NCBI GenBank assembly: GCA_051362555.1
Contig: CM120641.1
Span: forward strand, 40,306,401 to 40,370,400
DNA from: Lingula anatina
Taxonomy: Eukaryota > Animalia > Brachiopoda
Length of the DNA: 64,000 bases
Direction: 5' to 3'
Position 1 is the first letter of the stretch, and every line of letters starts with the position of its first letter. Of the stretch, positions 41,601 through 64,000 are shown in pieces. The notes beneath the pieces were generated by a model that worked only from the letters and a program-made list of their open reading frames with translations, did no database searches and had not been told where the DNA came from. A program made the position numbers and the translations under genes.

Positions 41601-44600
41601 CATTAAAGAATATGTTCAAGGTCGTCACACCCAAACACAACATAGAGGTGCATTTCACATGCTGAAGAGCCAAAAACAAAAGAAATGAAGTTGTATTCAA
41701 TTTTTTAAAACATAATATGTGTAAGGAACAAAAATCCAATAATCAATTTTTAATTTTTACCATGTCATTACATTTAAGTTAAGGTCATTTAAGTTTAATT
41801 TTCATACCATGTTCCGACATATTTTGTTGTGGTTCAGTCATGGTAAATTGTACATGACGCAAGGATGTTTTTATAAATATTTAAACTGTAACTCAAGGGG
41901 CTTTGCGTCATGGCTAATAGGCCCTACTACGTAACGTATGTTCCCCAGGAAAATTGTCAGAAAGTTTCATTTTGTCTAAGTACCTGTATCAACTACTTCT
42001 ATGTTCTCGTTTCAGTGTTTTCCGCTGGGATGCTACAGCCGCCTTTTTATAGTAAATATTATCCAAGGTAAGAGAGCTAATTTAAGTAGCTTAAAATTTT
42101 AATTGCTGTAATTTATTAAGGTGACAGGCGTTCCTGGAGGTTCCTAAAGGTTTATTTCTGATTTAAAACACCTCCATATACTGAGGTGTGAAGAAAATAA
42201 TAAAATATTTCAGCGGACGTGAAAATATACTGACTCGACAGTTTTTGTGTGTCCTGCATTTTATTATATTTATCAACTGTCCCCATTCTCCAATCTCTCC
42301 CATTCTCCAATCTCTCTTGTAGATATATTGGAATGTTTACGTGTCTAATAATGTTTATTAACCGATTACCTTTCTTTCTTTAATGTGTTACAGGTCAATG
42401 AACTTTGGCGGCATAGGTATGGTGATCGGACATGAAATCACACACGGACTTGACGACCAGGGTAAGCGATGGAAACTTGGTTTATTGTTTACTAGAGTAT
42501 TTTTCTTGACACCCTGGGTGGATGGTTGAAGGATTAAAAAAATTTAATATAAAAATTATCAGATACAAACTACAATTACCACACTTTAGTTTGTAGTGAT
42601 GCTCAGGTGGTCAGTGGCTTCCAAAGTAAACAAGGTTTCGGTTTTGCATGCTCCGACGTCCCCATTTACAGTATTTACATACTGTACTTGCAAAAATCAT
42701 AAATAGCATTTACATATGTTCTTTCAACGTTTAGCATTTTTTTTAAATTTATTTAAAAATATATCCCCATTTACAGTATTTACATACTGTACTTGCAAAA
42801 ATCATAAATAGCATTTACATATGTTCTTTCAACGTTTAGCATTTTTTAAAAATTTATTTGAAGGTCGTCTTTACGATAAAAATGGCAACTTGAGGGAATG
42901 GTGGGATGAAACAACGTCGGAACGCTTCAAGGAAAAAGCAAGATGTTTCATCGAGCAATATGGAAATTACACAGTGGAAGATGTCAATATGAAGGTGTCT
43001 ATCATGTTTCATATATTTGGCATAGTAATTCAGTATATGATAGAAAATGTCGCAATTCTATGTTATTTCATCATCTCCTCGTGTGGTTTTCAGTCAATTC
43101 CAGTGAAATCTTACACACAAAAAGACTTCACCTTTTGCACCTGAACTTTTTTCTCTCTTTTTTGTTTTATCATATTCTAATAATCAAAGAGAATTAATTT
43201 GTCTATAAGCATATACGTACGAGTACGGAATTCTTTTAATGCTTTAATTCAGTTTTGACGATAGCTGACCTTAACATGTACCCGTATGCCAAGGTACATG
43301 TACATGTATATAGCGATTAGTACATGTGTAGTCCCTGTCGCTGAATTAGTGAAAAGGGAACAGTAGTTAAAGTAGCAGTTAGTTAAAACTACTTGATTTT
43401 GAACGTATTCTTCTCATTTATGAATTCATGTGGAATGTTTTTTCTTAATAAAATTTTCATAAGGCCATTTTAAGAAATTATTCTCGAATTTCAAGAAAGA
43501 GTTGAGGTAAAACCTTCTTGTGCTCGAGGTGTGATTCTGCGACATTTTAAAATTTTGTGCCCATCAAGCTGCTGCTATGGAAACCTATTTCGTGTTTTTT
43601 CCCCATTTCTTCTCCGGCAAAGCCGTCCTGTGGGGGGTATGGATAGCTATTGTATTATTGTAAGTTTTTATTCAAGTTGACGCCCTTGTTTTACGAGCGA
43701 TTTACAGATATTTAGCAGTAATGTAGCGACGCTATTTCTGTAAGACGTCATTTCCACATACTAAGCTTTTATCTCATGAATTATCTTACAGAAAACCAGT
43801 GCTTTGGTGATGGGTTTTAAATATTTGCATTTTTTTCAGATCAACGGTAAGCTTACGCAAGGGGAAAATATTGCCGATAATGGCGGGTTGAAACAAGCCT
43901 TTCAAGTAAGTTTTAGAGGGGAAAAAAGGTTCCCAAATAATATACATCAGCAGTAATAAATTGGGCTAGCTCTTTTGTTACCAACTGAATAACGAAAGAC
44001 AACGACCTAATAACACAAACATGATGACATGTTTCAGTTTAAGTAGCAAATAGTTGAGAAAAATAATTATGATCATTATTTTGACAAATTTGGGAAGTTT
44101 CCAGAATATCCATGCGGTCTACATAATCTCGTAGACAGTGGGATCTTGTATTATTTTTAATGATAATTAATTTAATTGCCCTAGGCATACAGAAACTGGG
44201 TCAGTAAGCGTGGGCAGGAAGAGGAGAGACTGCCGGGATTGAACATGAGTCACAATCAAATTTTTTTCCTCAGTTTTGCACATGTAAGCCACAACTTTTC
44301 CTTTCAAATATTCTGGCCTTTTACTAAGTTGATGTTCATTAAAATATAAAGTCACTGTTCCTGAAAGCAAAACAGGAGTTTTCTTGTGTTGAAATAGTGT
44401 TGTGATCTAAGATCAAGTAAATTAAATTTAGTGACAGCTTGTTTGAAACCCGTACAAATTGATCTGACAAAATAAGCATCAAAGTTTTTTCAAATCATAA
44501 GGTTCACCTTAGTTGTGGCTGATCTATTTAATGTTTGAATACCGTACTTCTGTAATGTTTCTTTTATTCTCCAGATGTTATGTGGTCATCAGCGTCCCAA

Positions 44601-46546
44601 GTCCACTGTGGACCAGATTAGAACGGACACTCACACCACCTTAAAATACAGGTAAGAATGGCCATTGGCGCGGGGGGGGGGGGTTCTAAAATTTGCCATA
44701 TGTGTTTCTTTTAGCAAGGAAGTAAGGTCTACCACGAAATTTGACCTTCAAGACCAGAGTGTTTGGCTGTTGATCTTGTTGTCAAAAGTAGTACTTAACA
44801 AACTCTGTAATGATATTATGATTTAGAGGGGGGTCGGAGGAAGTCCTGACTCCCCCCTCCAGTTTCTGAAAAATATATCACACCAATATACCCCTCTTGA
44901 AATTAGACCCTGCCTAATCCTCTTTCGAGATGGAGACTTATTGTGCCTTCAAATAAATAGACTATAATTCAAATGAAAATGATTTCAACAGCAACCCCTC
45001 AAACAAAATGTGCCGAACCCGTTGTGATTTGCATAACAGTAAGTCGCTCAGCGCAGTGCGCACTACTCGTACCTTCTTGACTGGTCACTTGACAGCTGCA
45101 CACTCTTAGGACAGGATGCTGATATGTGTGATGAAGTCGCAGAGCCGGAGTTTACATTCAGCTTCGAAAATTGTAACAAATTTGTCATGTGAGTAAACGA
45201 TTTTCATGTTTTTTTACGAGTTCAAACTACCAGATAATTGTTTCTTATTATTTTTCTCGTTCTAAACTTTAAGTTGGCCTGAGTAGTTGACTGGATTTGA
45301 GAAAAGTTGCATAGTGATATCTTTAAAAATCTTGAAAAGCACGTGCTGCCAGTAAAAACAGAAATATAATATAAAGAAAGTTATATTAGATAGTTTGATT
45401 TTTGGTGCCCAGATGCTGTCACTTCAATGCCAGTCAATATTCATAATTAGGCCACCTGAACACATTTTGTATTTTAAACACTTCCATAGTACATGTAATT
45501 GATGTATTAGTGTGCACCTTCTCAGATGCCTACATTACAAACTGATTAGTATAACAGTGCATTTAGTTTTACCAGTATTGTATAAAAGATTTCCATATTT
45601 TTTCCATGAACGAGAGAAAACTTTTTAAATTTTTCACGATGACTTGTTTGTGTATGTTGGCCGTCTAGACTCTAATGCTTTGACTTAGGGTTATTGTAAC
45701 CCTTTATTATCATCCAGATACCAAAAATGAGTTTTTTCTCTAATCATCAATAATGCATCTATCTTTGCGCTGATTTAAAATGATAAAAAACCTCCAAAAT
45801 ATAAAATATCGGCGTTTATATTTTTTCGTTGCCATGTGTAGGCATAGGCAACTCAAAGCTCTAATCGTCAATTTAACTCCTTTCTATTTTGAGGTAAGAT
45901 TGCAATCGGTATGGAGCGTAACTTCCTCCCTGAACAAGATTTTTCGGTTTCTCGCAAAATTGCAATTAACTTAAGCGGCTTAGATGTCTGGCACGCCTAG
46001 TGAAGCTGCTAAACAATTATTTATTACCCCCTAGCAGCTCCAATAGGCGTGACAGACATCTAAGCCGCTTAAGTTGATTGCAATTTTGCGAGAAACCCCT
46101 CTGAGACAGATCGATTCAAAGTTACTACGATAGGGTCTGGAAATGGTCCCTTTACCTTGAAAACGATTTCCAAAAGTATTGGCCGCATTATTTCTTGTGA
46201 TTCTTCTCATCGTTAAATATATTTTTTTAATCTTGCATACAAACCCTGTTTAGTCGACTTTTTAAATTTGGTGTTCAGTTAGCCTCATTATGATTTTTTT
46301 CGGCATGAGCAGAGGTTTTTCCATTTTCAGTTAATGTAATCTTTATTTGGATTCTCTGCTTTCGAAGATTGAAATGACATTTAAATGTTATTTTGATATT
46401 TCAGAACTGCAAACGCCTTTGCCGAGATCCCACAGAGTGCACGTGCGCCTGACTAAAGCTTTCCTGGTCTTCGACACGTATTTTAAAATCTGCTGCAGAT
46501 CCAGATCTATTCGCGTCGCAGATGCTATATGTTGAAAATTGTACAT

Positions 46547-46583
<37 letters not shown>

Positions 46584-49500
46584 GATTTTTAAACACGTTT
46601 TTACATATTGAAACTGTACACTAAGATATTGTTGCCTTTAGATATTATACTTACAAATCGATCCTTTGTTTATTATATATATTATACCCTAAGGACTGAT
46701 CATGATATTTTTAAAATTATACCTGTGCATTATTTTATTTGGAACCAATCCAGCTTCTTTTTAAATTCATCTCATTATGCCACAGTGCAATTATTAAAGT
46801 GTTTAAAATGGCATGATGTTATTTTCAGAGTGTTTGCAAATATCAAATTTCAAAGTTGAGAGCAAAAACGCAATTTTCACGATGTTGAAGCTCGTTTAAG
46901 ATTGTTAATTTAGCCAATCAACTACCTTATCATATTATTATAATTTGCATTGTATAAGTCAATTTTTATTGTTAATATTTACACTTGTGAATGACAAGCA
47001 ATTTATGAAAATAAATGCACTTTTTTGGGGGGTAGTTTTTGATTCAATCTAAAATACACAATATTTAAGTAAAATTGATATGTACTGAATTTTTAAAACC
47101 AATACTATACTCTTTTGGAATGCATTTTTGTTCTCCAGATTAAGTGAACAATTTGGAATTAACACAAAGCAGTTTCAGTATGATGGCACGAGTTATTACT
47201 ATAAGTAAATTCTGTAGGTGCCAATTTTCAGATTAATCATTTCCGGTCAAATTCAACCACTTAATTTCGCCTGTCCGCCTATTCTTTGTCCAATGAACCC
47301 AGTCTTGTTCAAAGACTCTAGTAAATAGTAAATATTGAGTTGTTTCTTCGTGGTTTTCTGTCGTTAAAGATATCATATAATAAATATATTGAAAATTTGT
47401 TCTTTACTTGTTGATTGAAATGAATGACACTCGTTATGACTGCACTGATATAAGTGAGAGAAAGAAACGTCTCGTCTTTGGGCGAGTCTATCAAATTTGA
47501 GGGATGAAAAGTGGGACAAGTCCGTTCGATTTGAGGGGTGACAGGTGGGGCGAGTTCACTTCGTTTTAGGGGTGACAGGTGGGGCGAGTTCATTCCATGT
47601 GAGGGGTGACAGGTGGGGCGAGTTCATTCCATTTTAGGGGTGACAGGTGGGGCAAGTTCATTCCATTTGAGGGGTGACAGGTAGGACGATTCCATTCCAT
47701 TTGAGGGGTGACAGGTGGGGCGAGTCCATTCCATTTGAGGGGTGACATGGATGTTGCTACAAACTAATTTAAATCTTATGAATAGATTGTAAGATTGTAA
47801 ATTTATACTTTATATTGAAATTTACAAACTAATTTAAATCTTATGAATAGATTGTAAGATTGTAAATTTATACTTTATATTGAAATTAAGATATTCTTTT
47901 AGCGGGTTAGACCTTTTATGTCCAATTTTATTTTTACAAAATACTGTGCATAATTACAATGCTTCAAACCATTTCAATTTTAAATATTGCCTGGTTTCAT
48001 AGAAAACCGTCATCGCCAAAAGAACATTACACAATTTTTCCAGTTTGAACTTGAAACAGTTATTATATCTATGTAATCTTTCCCCTTTTCCCATTTTAAT
48101 ATTGCTGTACTCTGTATTTTATATCAATACTGAAAAATAACGAGGAATTATAAAAATATTTATTCAGGTTTGATATATGAGATACATGAAATTGAGCATG
48201 ATATATGTCAACCAAAGACCTCGTTGCTTGCAGGCCCATGTTGCAGCTTCTCCGTGGGCTTCTGAAATGACAAAATAACGCATAGAAATTTTGATTCAAC
48301 TGACAAACTGAAATCATTTTGACTTGTTCTAGAGAAGCGCAAAACATCTTATTTCGAAAGTGTTCTTTTAAGAATATATGAAATAAATTACGCATAACTT
48401 GATGAAAGTACAATCAAGTTTTAATATACATGTAGTTGGTCGTGTAATAGAGGGACAGAATACTGCACACTGGAGATGGAAGTCAACCTGCGTAAAACGT
48501 CATCTGTAAACCATCGCTTTATGATCAATTGACATGTGCGTGAACGTGTGTTGTATTATATTAAAAACACTTGCCTTACAAAAAGATCTTTGACAGCATG
48601 TAGATTTTAAGCATAAATTGATTGCCCAAGTGTAATCTGAAACAAGTAAGAGGACTTAAATAGCTATGTGGACCCTTATCCTTGTAGTAACAATAATAAT
48701 AATGGTAAAATGATGTATTTTAAAAATTGCTAATTTTTCCCAGGTAAAATGATCAATCCATTACAGAACATAAATATAAGCCAAAAGAAATCTCTGAAAA
48801 CCATCGTAATTGTCTTCAAAAGCAAGGTTTCAAATGTTAAATAAATTTGACTTGATGTACACCTTGATAGGGCAGACTTCTCCTTGTTGTATCCAAATTC
48901 AGAACTATGACTAGTAATATTATCTGAATGAATCGGTCCTTTTGTGCAGATATGTTTATATTTGTACACGAAAACATTTTAAATTAAGTCACAAATGGGC
49001 TTTTAATTGTCAGGGGTCATACAAAAATTGCCACACGTGCAGAGCTAAAAATAGCTAGTTTGAAAGATTTCAAGCAAACTTATTGTTTCATCAATGGTCA
49101 GCTGATAGCACCATTTCTCCTGTACATTTGTAGTCCCAAAGCATTGTAACCAACATATTCTGACATTGTGAGTGACATGCAAGTAACGATGGGCATAATA
49201 TCAGAACAATTCGCGCTACTAATATCTACAATAAATTTTCTCTCATTCGGTTGCACTTGTGTTTTATTGAGACGGTAATTGAAGAAGTAGTGTTACTTAC
49301 CATATACGTGCTTCAACGTCTTATAAAAGCTGAAATTTGTGAATTCACCACACATAATGTTGCGTCTTCTTTCAACTGTGCCCAACTGCAGAGTGAGTAT
49401 TCAGCTTGCACTACGACGGACAACTTATTGTTATGCAAATTACAACAGATTTGGCCCATTTTGGGTGAGTGGCTTTGGTTAATACTGCTCACCTTCAGCG

Positions 49501-49823
49501 GGCCCGAACCCCTCGCCAAGAAGGGGGGGGGGGGGGGGGGGGCTTCGCATCCGCAGACCCTCCTTTCAAATAATCCTGGATCCACCCCTACATCAGACCT
49601 ACATTGCAACCAATCGTAGAAAAATGAATTCGGGTTTGCATGGACACAACAGCTAATATGTATGTGTATCATTCTGACTCAAGTTTATTGGATTATTTAT
49701 ATGCTTTTGATTTCTAATTTTAGAGTTATTGGATCTCTATCAAACTCAGCTGAATTTGCCGCAGCTTTCCAGTGCCCAGCGGGGAGCCCAATGAACCCCA
49801 GTAAAAAGTGTGTCATGTGGTGA
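32761..49823 (+). CDS. Neprilysin-like M13 zinc metalloendopeptidase, type II membrane protein, 23 coding exons, 801 aa
   Basis: Exons 32761-32873, 33012-33044, 36810-36949, 37151-37234, 37476-37637, 37902-37985, 38244-38473, 38727-38906, 39045-39134, 39374-39501, 39754-39847, 39993-40121, 40496-40597, 40790-40867, 41085-41188, 41492-41553, 42016-42067, 42394-42461, 42864-42994, 43840-43905, 44185-44283, 44575-44651, 49724-49823 (2406 nt, phases consistent). TM segment [48 protein letters not shown] (HExxH), [10 protein letters not shown]-terminus [16 protein letters not shown]. Confidence 0.93.
42659..42859 (+). repeat. 105-bp-period tandem duplication just upstream of a neprilysin splice acceptor
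   Basis: TCCCCATTTACAGTATTTAC...TTTAGCATTTTTT..AATTTATTT at 42659 and 42764. Only the second copy is followed by GAAG|exon 19. Confidence 0.9.
45946..46097. repeat. Near-perfect 152-bp foldback (MITE-like)
   Basis: 66-bp arms starting GGTTTCTCGCAAAATTGCAAT, 62/66 identical, 20-nt spacer. Confidence 0.92.
47480..47748 (-). repeat. 34-bp minisatellite, ~8 units, same family as 412-800 in opposite orientation
   Basis: Unit GGGGCGAGT(T/C)CATTCCATTTGAGGGGTGACAGGT is close to the reverse complement of the 412-800 consensus. Confidence 0.93.
47758..47887 (+). repeat. 65-bp tandem duplication
   Basis: TACAAACTAATTTAAATCTTATGAATAG...TATATTGAAATT at 47758 and 47823. Confidence 0.9.
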
Positions 49824-50613
49824 TGGAATCGTTACGGTTTAAACTAAGAAACTTGAAATTTGTAAATTAATCTTTATTGTTACTTTCAAAAGAAAATACG
49901 TGGCTATGTTTTGACCATATTTATTTGACAAAACTGTTTTTGAGGGAAAGTGAAGGAAACATTTCTGTGAATATTGTTTGCTTATTACAAGCATATAGGT
50001 ATATAGTGGCTATATGCATCAATATGCGCAATATTTTCGTACTGTAAAACAACGTTAATAATGCTCTTAACGTTATACTTATATATCATGTATTTTTGTA
50101 TCTTATTGAACAATGCCGTTGAGCTATCAAGTTACTGTGAACTGTAGATATGAGTGACGATAAGCAGTTTAAAATGAAAAAAAAAATGGATTTGCGATTT
50201 TGTGTAAGTCCAATGGTCACGACTTTATCATAAATAAACAAAAAGGAAATGAAATGTTAAGTGTCTTATTTAATCGTCGTGGTCGGATACACAAAATAGC
50301 TCTATACAGAGAAAAAACGTTCACCCCCTAAACCGGCGATGTGATGCCATCAGCAAAATGGCATGCTTTTTCTGAACACAAATAATGCCCTTACACATTA
50401 GTATATGATAATATCAAAATATTTACTTTAACATGAAGTAGATTTTAATCTGATTTTTGGTTAACAGGGTATATATAACCTGAAACAATTTTAACGTCTT
50501 CATACCACCGAGTGCATTTGCAATTAGATATAATTAGTGCATAATACCTATGCATGTATATGTGTACATATATACGATAGCCTCGACTTTTTGACGCTTT
50601 AGAACATCTGCGG

Positions 50614-61843
<11,230 letters not shown>

Positions 61844-63915
61844 TTCGTGGTACTCACGTTCACCTCATTCAATCAGTATACAGTTGCTCTACTTATGCAT
61901 TTCTAAATACAGACCTTTGTAAACAGTACACGAAGATAACTCTATCGTGCAAACTTTCTAATCTAGCTTACATTTTGGTTGGGTTTATCTTTCGAAATAT
62001 TTTGAAATATGTCCACAGAAAACTACTTGTAATCTACGTTTTGCTAAGGCTAATTTTGGACAATCGACAAAACTCCCGTCTTATATACCCCGTATACCCA
62101 CCCAACAGTAACACCCAGTTACACCGTCTAGAAAGAAATTTTAAATAAACTCTTTCGTCCATGTTATATAATAGGTCAATATATTTTGATGGATAACAAC
62201 AAAAACTGAAAAGTACATATCACCGATTTTTATTTTTGAACGTCCTCTACATATTTATGTCTACAACGTACACTGTATGTGAGGATATGTCACTTTGAGC
62301 GCAAACATACAGTTATCTATCCTCATTGTAGGATATCTGCCAAACTTATCAGAAAATCAAAATAACAAGTAATGCCTTCACTGAGAAAATCTAATAAACT
62401 TTATAACTTCTTATAGGCAACGAAAATTCACCAAATGCTCATTAACAGAAAGGTCAATACTTCATATACAGAAAGCTTTACATAAAAATCGGTAAAAACT
62501 AACATTATATTCGAGCAACATTCTCAGCTGATCATCAGATGTTAAATTGTAAATAATCTGTAAATAACATATCCTATAAGGAAAAAAACAACTCTAATTC
62601 TCTAACTAATTGTGATAATAATAACAATAATTGTATCTGGTTAAATGGTTGCATCCCCCCACCTCTGTACATCTGGAAGACATTGGATTTGCTGCTCCTC
62701 CTGCAACCACGACTGCATGGAAGACGATATTGCACCATACCCCTGCTAAATATACTTACAATATAGGATGAAAAGTCATGTTGTTGGATTAATTTCCTCT
62801 CATTTACTCATACAGTACACTTGTTTGTGCTGTTCAAGGTTTATTTTGTTTAATGCCCTTGTATTCAGTTATCTCACCCTTCTTTAGTCAGTTCTAAACA
62901 GTGTATCTGTCATGTACTGAGTAACATTGTCCTTTATTAAATTTTCTCACTGAATTACATAAAAACATAATATAATGACACTTAAAAAGCAGGGTAGTTT
63001 TAACCTGAATATAACTGCAATATTCCGCCTGGTACACTGTTTTAAGATAATAATAATAAAAAAAAAAAAAAAAAAAAAAGATACCTGGTCCAGTAGAATC
63101 TGATATGAATTTTGTCATGTAGCTTTGTGCATTCTCTCTACTGCAAGTCTGGACACAAATCAAAAGCTGTAATCTCTATTTATCTGTAAATCACATCTCT
63201 GTGTAAATGTTAATAAACCACAAAAATAACCAAATGTTACCAAACACTCTTTAACTTAAAGAAAGAAACCGTTGTTGTTGTTTGTGAAATATCTTATCTG
63301 AAATCCTGTTGTTGCACTTCTGTTCAAAATTTCTGTTTGATATTTTGAGTCAACATCTTAAGTTGTTATTGTACTTGACAAAAATACACTGAAACAACAT
63401 TTCAGGATATTTCATGACTTAAAGGCATGTTGTCCTTTATACATATAACATATTTCCATTCTAAAAATATCAACTTAAAATTATGCACCTTTATCACCAT
63501 TTTCAATTATTTCATTTACCCTGTTACAGTATTTTTACATACTTATTTTCTACAATATATTTAACTAAATATAAACACATTTTAATTCTCCAACAAGTTA
63601 ATTCATTCATTTTATTTACCATTTCAGCTGTTTTAATGCTATATCAAATTTCTAAAGGCATGAATGAAGGTAATTTCTCCTCCCCCCCTCAAAAATAATA
63701 GATAAACAAATACAATAAATTGCAGATCTAAAACATCCTTCAGAACATAAACAACTATGTACAACTGATTTTTTAACCTTCTATGAGAACAGAACACATA
63801 CTTTTCCTTTTAGGACAATTTAAAGCAGATCTTACAGCAGGAATCAAAATTGAGCAGACTTGTGAAATATAGACAGGGATCCTGAGCAGAGTGTATGATG
63901 TTGGCAGGCATCCCA

Positions 63916-64000
63916 TTACCATACACTGCACTTGTGAACTGGGTTCATCTTGCTTCCCAAGGGACAGGAGAAAGTTTCTGAAAACTCGTGCAGGTTTGAC
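63916..64000 (-). CDS. 3' end of a second M13 peptidase (endothelin-converting enzyme-like), partial; gene continues beyond the window
   Basis: Minus strand reads SNLHEFSETFSCPLGSKMNPVHKCSVW*, the canonical M13 C-terminus and close to the ECE-type ending. It is absent from the ORF track because it is truncated. Confidence 0.88.
   Translation of the reverse strand, partial: SNLHEFSETFSCPLGSKMNPVHKCSVW

Larger units (their letters stand above)
44996..49471. mobile_element. ~4.5 kb non-autonomous TIR element, possibly CMC/EnSpm-like (CCCTC/CACTC termini)
   Basis: 51-bp imperfect TIRs (41/51 identical): CCCTCAAACAAAATGTGCCGAACCCGTTGTGATTTGCATAACAGTAAGTCG vs reverse-complemented CACTCACCCAAAATGGGCCAAATCTGTTGTAATTTGCATAACAATAAGTTG. 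No clear TSD and no transposase ORF; the superfamily is inferred from the termini only. Confidence 0.7.
44826..49590 (+). mobile_element. Split copy of the hAT-like element: internal part 44826-44910 and 3' end 49492-49590
   Basis: GTCCTGACTCCCCCCTCCAGTTTCTGAAAAATATATCACACCA matches 1563-1602. CCTTCAGC...GGGG...TTCGCATCCG...TTCAAATAATCCTGGATCCACCCCT matches 1706-1829. Same order and orientation, separated by ~4.6 kb. Confidence 0.7.

Noticed and set aside
62640-62745. GC-richer minus-strand block with an acceptor-like TTTAGCAG
   Set aside because: No recognisable protein in any frame, and the protease already has its own signal-peptide exon. Probably 3' UTR of the ECE-like gene.

Overview
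AT-rich, intron-rich animal genomic DNA (protein sequences and repeats look invertebrate, probably lophotrochozoan/mollusc-like; that assignment is inference). I could splice six complete genes by hand with consistent phases: CCDC6 (+, 2646-16454), a Ly6/uPAR quiver-like GPI protein (+, 19911-21031), an AQP8-type aquaporin (-, 28768-22061), a 23-exon neprilysin/M13 peptidase (+, 32761-49823), a CUB-CUB-trypsin protease (-, 61843-50614) and a 9-exon short-chain dehydrogenase (+, 55043-58672) nested antisense inside protease intron 5. The last exon of a second M13 (ECE-like) gene enters at the right edge (-). Introns hold many non-autonomous DNA transposons, some nested. The most unusual object is a ~4.5 kb TIR-bounded element in the last neprilysin intron, whose two ends each carry a homologous inward-facing ATG mini-exon with a splice donor, with opposing poly(A) signals 40 bp apart inside it. 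No prokaryotic features, CRISPR arrays, tRNAs or rRNAs were recognised. Most ORFs in the supplied track are spurious or single-exon fragments.
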